Below the pieces are notes generated by a model. It was given only the letters and a program-made list of their open reading frames with translations, was not told the DNA's origin and did no database searches. A DNA stretch of 10,179 nt from Janibacter sp. GXQ6167 (GTDB lineage Bacteria > Actinomycetota > Actinomycetes > Actinomycetales > Dermatophilaceae): assembly GCF_041365945.1 (NCBI RefSeq), contig NZ_JBGFSK010000017.1, forward strand, positions 2,555 to 12,733. Direction: 5' to 3'. Numbering within the stretch: position 1 is the first letter of the stretch; every line of letters begins with the position of its first letter. The position numbers and the translations under genes were made by a program. Positions 1 to 7,056 of the stretch are shown piece by piece.

Positions 1-537
1 GCATCTTCGGACATTACATTCACCTTCTTCTGCTTTCTCTCACTGCCGCCCTTCCCCATGTGCCCGGCTTTCCCGGCCTCGGAGTACTACGACGGCTCCG
101 CCCCACCCGCACCCTTCGGCTGGCAACGCACCTATCCCCACCAATGCGGGGAGCGGAATGCGGATGGTTCCCACGTTCACTGTTGTTCGGTTGACGGGCG
201 AGGCGTCCGGCTTTACCCCTGCGGCATCGTCGTGGCTACGCCGTAGACCTTCACCACGACCTGCCGGACCCGACACATACCACCGTTCCGACAGTTCCCC
301 ACCCGCCACGACCATCAACGATGGCCCCGACAAGCGGTTACGCACCGCAAACCAGCCCCGATCCACCGGGTTAGAGCTGGGCGACGATCAAGAGGCTTTA
401 CGACACCGGTTCCTCTCGTACACCTTCCCGCCTTGCTCACCAGACACGGCCCATCCGGTAGTACTGGACCGTCCTGACTATGTCACGGCTGCTCCCACCC
501 ACCCCAGGCGTTCCCCCAGGACAGGCTGCCGTCAGCT

Positions 538-1123
538 TCACTCGGCCGCTACGACGGCCAATCGATCAAGGTCTCTCACCTCCATCCGATACAACAGCGC
601 CTCGTGGCGCACGACGTGCTCGTCGACACCGATCGTGGTGACCCCGTCGAACCGACCAGGATCGTCGATCAGGCGCCGCTTGCCCTCCGCGAGCACCGCA
701 GTGTTCGCGGCGCTCCAGGAAACCCCAAGACCGGCGGCGACACGGGTCACGGTGAGGTGGTCGACGACGATGCCCCGCAGCGCCCACTCCACGCCGAGGC
801 GGGAGATCTTCGCTCGTGGCGCGGCGGCGCGAGTCATGTCCCGCCGCCACGTCCGCCGGCAGTGCGCGCACCGGTAGCGGCGGACCCGGACCAGAAGCGT
901 TGTCGGCCTATGCCCGAACGGCTCATGCGCGAGTCGACGCGTCACCGTGTCCCGCGACACACCCCTCCGCCCCGCACTTCCGACACCAGGGGTCCACCTC
1001 GACCGACCGACACTCGATCATCGCCCGGTCCCGCTCGAGCAGCTGGCCGACCGCTTCGAGCCCGAGTTCATCGAGGCGGCAGAACGTGGTCAGGTCAGGG
1101 GTCGCGAAAGTAGGGTGGAGCAC
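538..1123 (-). pseudogene. ISL3-family transposase, N-terminal part only (zf-ISL3 + HTH region up to the VDEHVVRH block), with a frameshift near 950 and a premature stop at 538
   Basis: ORFs 923..1123(-) and 538..960(-) together read MLHPTFATPDLTTFCRLDELGLE...CRKCGAEGCVAGHGD / VTRRLAHEPFGHRPTTLLVRVRRYRCAHCRRTWRRD...IGVDEHVVRHEALLYRMEVRDLD. These match the ISL3 transposase motifs C-x2-C-G...GHG, RRxxC and IGVDEHxWRH. The two ORFs overlap in different frames, which implies a 1-nt frameshift. The DDE catalytic domain is absent. Confidence 0.75.
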
Positions 1124-1235
1124 GTCGAGGTCTTTCGGGATGGCGAGCGTGAAGAACTTCCATCATCCGGGAGACCTCGACCCCTACCCGGCTGCCAACG
1201 CGCTCACCCGACTACACCCTCATTCGTGAAGAGCC
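538..1235 (-). mobile_element. ISL3-family insertion sequence remnant: terminal inverted repeat GGCTCTTCAC (minus strand, ending at 1235) plus the 5' part of a transposase gene. The element may continue in degenerate form towards position 1.
   Basis: Minus-strand end reads GGGCTCTTCACGAATGAGGG, which matches the ISL3-family terminal IR consensus GGCTCTTCG. The transposase start lies about 110 nt inside the IR, as is usual for this family. The 8 bp just outside the IR (cgataaga, 1236-1243) are a plausible AT-rich target-site duplication. Confidence 0.7.
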
Positions 1236-1653
1236 CGATAAGACGGGCGACGTTGCGGCTGACGAGTTCGTCGCGCATCGCGCGGGTCAGGGCGGCGGAC
1301 AGTACGGTGCGGAACTTCTGTGCGGTGCGGATTGAGTGGCCCTCGTCGAGCAGCGCGCAGGCGGCGTTCTGCACGTCGCGCACGGTGAGCTGGGTCAGGC
1401 GCTTGCTGCCGATGCGAGGAAGGATGTGCAGTCGCACGACGCCCTCGTATCCCCGTGCGGTGTTGCGTCGGTTGCGGCGCGGCACGACTGTCTCTAGCCA
1501 CTGCTGCAGATAGCCGGCGACCGTGACCTGTGAGTTCGGGGTCAGGATGCCGCGGCCCTCGTGCCGCGGCCCGCCCGGGCGCTTGCGTCGCCTTGCGACC
1601 CGCCGGATCGGCTCGAAAAGACGTTCTGTGGTATATCTATTACGAGAGGCCAT
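1236..1653 (-). pseudogene. Tyrosine recombinase / phage-type integrase, N-terminal SAM-like core-binding domain only; the catalytic domain has been removed by the ISL3 insertion at 1235/1236
   Basis: From the Met at 1653 the frame reads MASRNRYTTERLFEP...SQVTVAGYLQQWLETVVPRRNRRNTARGYEGVVRLHILPRIGSKRLTQLTVRDVQNAACALLDEGHSIRTAQKFRTVLSAALTRAMRDELVSRNVARLI. This is a typical integrase N-terminal core-binding domain. The ORF then reads through the IS inverted repeat and stops at 1204. The region upstream of 1653 is antisense to a well-supported plus-strand gene, so 1653 is preferred over the ORF-track start at 1857. Confidence 0.7.
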
Positions 1654-1661
1654 ATACAGGA
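1635..1661 (+). promoter_or_regulatory. AT-rich motif copy A: ATCTATT-acgagag-GCCATATACAGGA. Putative promoter or operator immediately upstream of the plus-strand cargo block; it overlaps the integrase start codon on the opposite strand.
   Basis: A 7-mer and a 13-mer are shared exactly with 9264..9283 (minus strand) in the same orientation relative to the downstream gene. It is an AT-rich island in GC-rich DNA. Confidence 0.45.
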
Positions 1662-1714
1662 TGCACCTGGGCCTTGTCTGGGGGCTACCCAGATCGAGTC
1701 TGGAGGTGTACGGC

Positions 1715-2329
1715 GTGGCCGCGCGAGTCGTCGATGTGCGTTGTCCGGGATGCGGGAGCGCCTGGAGCACCAACCAGCAGTTCTGCCAGTACTGCGGTCG
1801 CCAGGTGCTGATCAGCTCGATGTCCGACCTGATCAGCCTGGAAGCGCGCGACCTCAAGAAGCACGTCCGTACCTACGAGGACGCGCTGGACGAGGGCGCC
1901 GATGATCCGAGCGTGCATGCGGCGCTCGGCATGTGCCTGCTCAAGCTGGGGCTGCGCGACAAGGCGCTGTCGCACTTCGAGGATGCGCTGCTCGATGACA
2001 TCGAGAACTCGGAACCGTACTTCTACGCCGCCGTCGCGTCGCTGGGTGGCAAGAAGCCGTTCCTGGTTCCGCTGGCTGGCATCCGCCGCGCGGAGGAGTA
2101 CCTCACGGCGGCGCTGCGGCTCGAGGAGCGCGGAATCTACGCCTACCTCTACGGGTACATCCGCTTCGACTACTACGAGCGCAAGTCGCTGAACGTCGAG
2201 CCGTCGTACCAGCACTACCTGCAGCAGGCAGTGCTTCGCGGTGTGACCGATCTGGACATCCAGACGCTGTTCGAGCTGCTGGAGATCGTCCCTTCGTCCG
2301 CTTCCATTCCGACCAGCGTTTCCGCCTGA
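1715..2329 (+). CDS. Zinc-ribbon (CPGCG-x9-FCQYCG) plus alpha-helical TPR-like domain protein. Alternative starts are ATG 1661 (possibly leaderless) or GTG 1706.
   Basis: ORF 1523..2329. GGAGG at 1702-1706 lies 8 nt before GTG 1715. N-terminal CxxC...CxxC zinc ribbon followed by helical repeats (LGMCLLKLGLRDKALSHFEDALL...YAYLYGYIRFDYYE). High GC3 from 1715 onwards; codons between 1661 and 1715 are rare (ctt, cta, aga, agt). Confidence 0.7.
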   Translation: MAARVVDVRCPGCGSAWSTNQQFCQYCGRQVLISSMSDLISLEARDLKKHVRTYEDALDEGADDPSVHAALGMCLLKLGLRDKALSHFEDALLDDIENSEPYFYAAVASLGGKKPFLVPLAGIRRAEEYLTAALRLEERGIYAYLYGYIRFDYYERKSLNVEPSYQHYLQQAVLRGVTDLDIQTLFELLEIVPSSASIPTSVSA

Positions 2330-2365
2330 CCCCTGTTCTAACCACCCGAGAGAGGTTCCTTCGCA

Positions 2366-3061
2366 ATGGCCATCAACTATGAGCGCAACAAGAAGTACTT
2401 CAAGCAGTCCAGCCCCAAGGCCGGCATCATCCTGATCGTGATCGGCCTGGTGCTGACGCTCGCCCTCCCCGAGGCGGGCAAGCTCGTCGGCATCCTGGGC
2501 ATCCTGGGTGGCGCGGCGCTGATCTACTTCCAGTTCGCGGGCAAGCCGAGCGACGCGGACATCGACTCGGACGCTGCTGCCGCCATCGCGGACGTGAAGA
2601 AGCGCGCGCTGGGCAAGCTCGGTCTGGACGAGGACGAGGTCAAGCTCATCGACCCGGTGATCGTTCACGGCTACTACTACAAGAACATCGCCTCGGGCGT
2701 GCAGGTCAAGCTCGGCAAGGACCGCGTCTTCCGTTCCTCGAACTACGAGGGCGTCGTGCTGTTCTTCAGCGAGCACCAGCTGCACGCGTTCAAGTTCCAG
2801 TTCTCTCTCGTCTCGCCGCAGGAGAGCCGCGAGCAGACCGACGAGTACTTCTACAAGGACGTCGTGTCGGTGGCGACGCAGTCGGAGACGTTCAAGATCA
2901 ACGACATCAAGGGCAACAGCCAGCAGGTCAACTTCGAGGAGTTCAAGCTCACCACCACGGGTGGCACCTCGATCACTTCGTCGATCCGCGACGAGGGCTC
3001 GGTCAGCCGCGTCATCTCCGGCGCGCGCAGCCTGATTCGCGAGAAGAAGATCGCGTCCTGA
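2366..3061 (+). CDS. Membrane protein: two N-terminal TM helices followed by a soluble ~170-aa domain of about 170 aa (possibly a bacterial PH-like / membrane-flanked domain); function unknown
   Basis: ATG 2366 with GAGAGAGG upstream. Hydrophobic stretches IILIVIGLVLTLAL and LVGILGILGGAALIYF. High GC3. Co-directional, 36 nt after the previous gene. Confidence 0.75.
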   Translation: MAINYERNKKYFKQSSPKAGIILIVIGLVLTLALPEAGKLVGILGILGGAALIYFQFAGKPSDADIDSDAAAAIADVKKRALGKLGLDEDEVKLIDPVIVHGYYYKNIASGVQVKLGKDRVFRSSNYEGVVLFFSEHQLHAFKFQFSLVSPQESREQTDEYFYKDVVSVATQSETFKINDIKGNSQQVNFEEFKLTTTGGTSITSSIRDEGSVSRVISGARSLIREKKIAS

Positions 3062-3076
3062 CCCCGAGTTCTCTGC

Positions 3077-3115
3077 GTGCCGGGGCCGGTCGGCAGTCGC
3101 CACCGGCTCCGGCAC
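3077..3115 (+). terminator. Strong GC-rich hairpin (14 bp stem including one G-U pair, 11-nt loop) 15 nt after the stop of the membrane-protein gene. Putative intrinsic terminator or intra-operon attenuator (I-shaped; only a weak U tract, ACCAAUUCC).
   Basis: GTGCCGG-G-GCCGGT [cggcagtcgcc] ACCGGC-T-CCGGCAC is perfectly self-complementary. It lies between 3061 and the ATPase start at 3157. Confidence 0.45.
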
Positions 3116-3156
3116 ACCAATTCCGCTGCCCGAGCGTGACGTGAGGAGTGTGCCGT

Positions 3157-5841
3157 ATGCCCGCAGGCGACGCGCCCCTGACGTTCACGCCTCTCGCGCA
3201 GGGTGAAGTAGCCGCTGCTACGGTGGTCGAGGTCGTCCGCATCCCGCACGTCTCCGTGCTGGGCGATGATCCGGCTGCCGAGCTGGTGCAGCAGTCCAAG
3301 CGGGACTTCGTCAGCCTGCTGTTCGAGGCGTACCAGTCGTACCGCGGACAGTACGAGGACGGCCCCGACCGAGCTAGCGACTGCGCTCTGGAACTGCTTT
3401 GGCAAGCACACCCCATTCAGGGCCAGCCGCACGCCGCCGACCTCACGCTATTCATCATCGTTCGCGCGATCGGCGCGAACCGGGACGACGCAGCGGCGGT
3501 TGTCAACGAGCTGCACGCTGTCGTGATCAGCGCGCTCACGCTCGGCGGCTTCGACTACGCAGATCGTCCTGCCTCCGCGATCGGCGCCCAGGCGGCGGAA
3601 CGGTCGGTTGCGCTCGTGAAGGAGGAGTGGATTGAGAACCTCGGCAACCAGATCCTGCCGAGCGCCTTCGCCTTCCACCGTATCCCCACGGGCAGCCGTG
3701 ATCTCTCACGTATCGCCAGCGCCCTAACCGAGGTGCCCGGTGCGTCCCTCTCGGTTCAGCTGATCCCGGCGACACTGGAGCCTGACGAGCGGACTGCTAT
3801 CGAGCAGCTGACGCTGGCGCTCACGACCCTCGCCAACGGTGTGACGGATCAGTCGATCGGTACCGTCAGCTTCACCGCGGCGAAGCGCCTCGCGGAGATG
3901 TACTCGTATCTGGAGGGGCACAAGGACTCGCCCCTGTTTCTGTTTAACGTCGTCGTCTCCGGGCCGAAGCTCGCCGTGCCGGTGATCGCCAACCGGGTGC
4001 TCGGTCACCTCTCCGCCGACGCCGAGGTAGGCGCGCTGGCGGCACGCTTCGTCGACGCCACAGCCCTGGTGCCACGAGGCGATGCGTCCTTCGTCGCTGC
4101 ACCGTGGCAGCTGAACGAGACGCTGCTCGACCAGACTCGTGATCCGTCGCTCTGGGCGGCGGGCCGCAATCCCGGTGAGGCATTCTACCGGCTGCCGTTC
4201 CTGCTGACGGCATTCGAGGCATCGGAGTTGTTCCGTCTGCCGATCGGCAGTGACACGGTCGGCGCCGGGCTGACGGTGAACACCACGACCCGGCACTCGC
4301 GCAACTACTCGGCCGGCGTGATCGGGAGCTCGAGCATCGAAGCCGGGCGACTCGCCGGGGCGGCCGAGGTCTCGATCGGGTTCGGGCATACCGACCTGAC
4401 CAAGCACGCTTTCGTCACGGGGACGCCCGGTTCGGGTAAGACGACGTTCACGGTCGGGCTGCTCGACCGGCTCTGGCACGAGCACGGCATCCCGTATCTG
4501 GTGATCGAGCCGGCGAAGAACGAGTACCGGGCGCTGATCGAGACGACGCCGGATCTGCAGGTGTTCACCCCGGGCAAGGATCATCTGTCTCCGCTTGTGC
4601 TGAACCCGTTCCTGCCGCCAGCGGGCGTGCGGGTGCAGAGCTACAAGTCGACCCTCAAGACGGCGTTCGCAGCCGCGGTCACGATGACGAGCCCCCTGGA
4701 CAAGATCTTCGAGGACGCCCTCTCAGCCACGTACTCGCGGTTTGGCTGGTTCGATGCCGACACAGCCGCCGATGGCCGTGAGGTGTTCTCTATCCGCGAC
4801 TTCCTGGCCGTTTTCCAGGAGACCTTCGTCCGCATCGGCTACACCGGAGACGCGGCCAACATCGGACGAGCAGGCCAGGTGCGCCTGCAGAGTCTGGTTG
4901 GCCTGTTCGACACCTACCCTTCGATCCCTGTCGAGGATCTGCTGTCGAAACCCACGGTAATCGAGCTGGCAGGGATCGAGAACAGCGACGACAAGGCCCT
5001 CTACATCGCGCTCATCCTGCTGCAGGTCCTCGCCTACGTGAACGCCAACGTCGCCGGCGACGGGAAACTCAAGCACGTCCTCCTGCTCGAAGAAGCCCAC
5101 GTCTTGCTCGACGCCGACGACGCCAGCGGACCGGGCGAAGCGGACCCCGCCGCGATTGCGAAGAAGCTGCTCAAACGCATGTTGGCCGAGATCCGCTCCT
5201 ACGGCGTCGGCATCATCGTGGCCGATCAGTCGCCACGCAAGGTCGGCTCGGACGTGGTGGCGCTCACGAACATCAAGCTCGGGTTCCGGCTGGTCGAGGC
5301 CGCAGACAAGGAGATCCTGGCCGAGAGCACCAACATGAGCGACGCGCAGCGCGAGCGGCTGGCGCGGCTCCGGCCGGGCGAGGCACTCCTGTTCTACGAC
5401 CGCCTCGAAGACCCCGAGGAGATCGCCACAGCCGACTGGCGCGCCCAGCGCGGCATCCCGACGTTCGTGTCCGATGAGGAGATCGCCCGAAAGGTCACTT
5501 ACTGGCAGCGGCACCCGGAACTGCTCATGCCATACCCGGAGAGCGCCTACATCGGGGGCTGGGACGCCTCGGTTGCCGGTGCGGGCAAGGAGATCGCCCG
5601 GCGCCTCTTCGCCGCGCACGTCCCGGCCGGCGATGTCGGCGTCAAGAGATTCGGCAGCATCTACCGGCAGCTCGATGCGTTCATCGCCGCCGAACTTCCC
5701 GCGTCGATCCCGAACACGCCGGCCCTGCGGCGAGCGGTCAAGGTCAACTTCCTGCGGCTGGTCAAGTACGAGTCGCAGATCCCACTGTCGGACGCCACGA
5801 TCCACAAGACCCTCGAAGCCGAGAGGAGCCGCACAGCATGA
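3157..5841 (+). CDS. FtsK/HerA-superfamily (DUF87 / HerA-like) P-loop ATPase of about 894 aa, with a large (~420 aa) N-terminal region of unknown function
   Basis: Walker A HAFVTGTPGSGKTTF (about aa 425). DEAH-like Walker B VLLLEEAHVLL. The blocks LVIEPAKNEY and GIIVADQSP also fit HerA/VirB4-type ATPases. GAGGAG at 3143-3148 lies 8 nt upstream of ATG 3157 (the ORF track began at GTG 3148). The stop overlaps the next start (ATGA). Confidence 0.85.
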   Translation: MPAGDAPLTFTPLAQGEVAAATVVEVVRIPHVSVLGDDPAAELVQQSKRDFVSLLFEAYQSYRGQYEDGPDRASDCALELLWQAHPIQGQPHAADLTLFIIVRAIGANRDDAAAVVNELHAVVISALTLGGFDYADRPASAIGAQAAERSVALVKEEWIENLGNQILPSAFAFHRIPTGSRDLSRIASALTEVPGASLSVQLIPATLEPDERTAIEQLTLALTTLANGVTDQSIGTVSFTAAKRLAEMYSYLEGHKDSPLFLFNVVVSGPKLAVPVIANRVLGHLSADAEVGALAARFVDATALVPRGDASFVAAPWQLNETLLDQTRDPSLWAAGRNPGEAFYRLPFLLTAFEASELFRLPIGSDTVGAGLTVNTTTRHSRNYSAGVIGSSSIEAGRLAGAAEVSIGFGHTDLTKHAFVTGTPGSGKTTFTVGLLDRLWHEHGIPYLVIEPAKNEYRALIETTPDLQVFTPGKDHLSPLVLNPFLPPAGVRVQSYKSTLKTAFAAAVTMTSPLDKIFEDALSATYSRFGWFDADTAADGREVFSIRDFLAVFQETFVRIGYTGDAANIGRAGQVRLQSLVGLFDTYPSIPVEDLLSKPTVIELAGIENSDDKALYIALILLQVLAYVNANVAGDGKLKHVLLLEEAHVLLDADDASGPGEADPAAIAKKLLKRMLAEIRSYGVGIIVADQSPRKVGSDVVALTNIKLGFRLVEAADKEILAESTNMSDAQRERLARLRPGEALLFYDRLEDPEEIATADWRAQRGIPTFVSDEEIARKVTYWQRHPELLMPYPESAYIGGWDASVAGAGKEIARRLFAAHVPAGDVGVKRFGSIYRQLDAFIAAELPASIPNTPALRRAVKVNFLRLVKYESQIPLSDATIHKTLEAERSRTA

Positions 5842-7019
5842 GCGACTACGGCACCGACATTGCAGACGCCCCCGTCGACACCGGCGCGGACGTCAGCGTG
5901 CCCGATACGACCGACTACGCCGACGAGCCGGTCGACCTGGCCGAGACCCCGCCCGAGTCGGAGGCGCCCGAGGCCGAGGAGGCGCCGCCCGCCGAAGACC
6001 TCTCGGAGCCCGCAGCAGATGAACTGAGCGGCACGGCGGAGACGCCGGCGGATGCGGAGGCACCCGTCGACCTGGGCGCGGCCCCGGAAACGGCCGACGC
6101 CGCCCCGGAACAGCCCCAGGACTGGCAGGAGGGCGAGGTCGTCGATCTCGGCGACGACGCTGCCCCCGACGCCCCGCAGGAGGACGAGACCGCCGAGGCG
6201 GACGATCCTGCCGGGCGCGACCTGGGTGATCCCGACCTGGCCGACAGCCCGGAGGCCGAGGCTCCCACGGATAGCGCCGGTGAGGATCTGACGACACCGA
6301 CGGACGACGAACCGGGCGCCGGTGATGCGCCGACTGACGCCGACGAGCAGGTACCTGAGGCGGCGGAGATTGAGCCCGAGGCCGCAAACGACGTGACGGA
6401 TGCCGAACCCGAGCCCAGGGTCGATGAGTTGACAGAGGCGGCCCGGGATGAGGCCCGCCCCGCCGACGAGCTGCGCGCCGAGTACTACGCCGACGTGGCT
6501 GATGTGCTGGCCGATGACACACCATCCGACGCCGAGCCGGTCGAGACGCAGGACACTCCCGGAGCAGACGCTGCCGAGGCGCCGGAGTCGAGCGATCACG
6601 CGGACGCCGCCAATGACCGCAGCAACTCCCCAGAGAACGAGGCACTGACCTCGGCGCTAGCCGAGAAAGGCCTGTCGCTGGAGCCGGTCGATCGCTTCGA
6701 CTACAGCGACAACCCGGTTCTCGGCTACCGCGAGTCCGCCCCGCCCGAAGACGTCGCGTACGCCGTCAACGCCTGGAACGACGAGATCGCGCCCGGCATC
6801 GCGGCCGGCGCGACCCGTGAGGACTTCGCCGCCTACGACCAGGAGCACGGCCTCGAAGGGCAGCGGCAGCTGGCCGGCGTCTACGACTACATGCTCGGCG
6901 GCGACGCGATCAAGAGCGGCGGAGAGCGCGAGGACGGATCGCTCGACGTCACCGGCGGCAGGCACCGCCTGGAACAGGCGCGTCTGAACGGCGTCCAGTA
7001 CCTGCCCGTGAGGAAGTAG
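5838..7019 (+). CDS. Highly acidic protein: about 270 aa of D/E/P/A-rich low-complexity (disordered) sequence followed by a ~120-aa globular C-terminal domain ending in a ParB/sulfiredoxin-like GGRHRLEQARLNG motif
   Basis: ATG 5838 overlaps the TGA of the ATPase gene (translational coupling). GAGAGGAG lies 9 nt upstream. The C-terminus reads DVTGGRHRLEQARLNGVQYLPV, compared with the ParB/Srx consensus h-x-G-[EG]-[RH]-R-x-x-A-x-x-x-G-x-x-x-IP. High GC3 throughout. Confidence 0.75.
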   Translation: MSDYGTDIADAPVDTGADVSVPDTTDYADEPVDLAETPPESEAPEAEEAPPAEDLSEPAADELSGTAETPADAEAPVDLGAAPETADAAPEQPQDWQEGEVVDLGDDAAPDAPQEDETAEADDPAGRDLGDPDLADSPEAEAPTDSAGEDLTTPTDDEPGAGDAPTDADEQVPEAAEIEPEAANDVTDAEPEPRVDELTEAARDEARPADELRAEYYADVADVLADDTPSDAEPVETQDTPGADAAEAPESSDHADAANDRSNSPENEALTSALAEKGLSLEPVDRFDYSDNPVLGYRESAPPEDVAYAVNAWNDEIAPGIAAGATREDFAAYDQEHGLEGQRQLAGVYDYMLGGDAIKSGGEREDGSLDVTGGRHRLEQARLNGVQYLPVRK

Positions 7020-7056
7020 CCGACCCGGCATCCGATCCGACGAAAGCGAACACCGT

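Noticed and set aside
1-120. Possible structured RNA (group II intron domain V, RNase P P4-like GGAAAGCCGGGC)
   Set aside because: Neither the domain V hairpin nor the paired RNase P P4 strands can be formed from the sequence.
400-430. Minus-strand GTGTACGAGAGGAACCGGTG resembling the 23S rRNA sarcin-ricin loop (AGUACGAGAGGACCGG)
   Set aside because: There is an extra A inside the universally invariant loop, and no flanking 23S-like sequence. It is most likely chance or a decayed fragment.
158-877. 239-aa plus-strand ORF, and other plus-strand ORFs at 604..1113, 816..1229 and 947..1513
   Set aside because: They run antisense through the ISL3 transposase and integrase fragments or through the unassigned region. 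Their products are Pro/Arg/Ser/Thr-rich with no recognisable motifs.
1204-1235. Last 10 codons of ORF 1204..1857 (…GLFTNEGVVG)
   Set aside because: This stretch is read-through into the ISL3 inverted repeat, not integrase sequence.
1523-1714. Long 5' extension of the ZnR-TPR ORF back to 1523
   Set aside because: The extension is antisense to the integrase N-terminal domain and uses rare codons. The SD-supported GTG at 1715 (or possibly ATG 1661) is a more plausible start.
1685-3115. 476-aa minus-strand ORF, and similar long minus-strand ORFs at 3724..4584, 4723..5805, 5661..6599, 5893..6645, 6949..7749 and 8157..8852
   Set aside because: They are antisense to well-supported plus-strand genes. 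Their composition is R/A/L/D/P-rich, typical of spurious GC-rich open frames. They have no Shine-Dalgarno sequences and no domain-like motifs.
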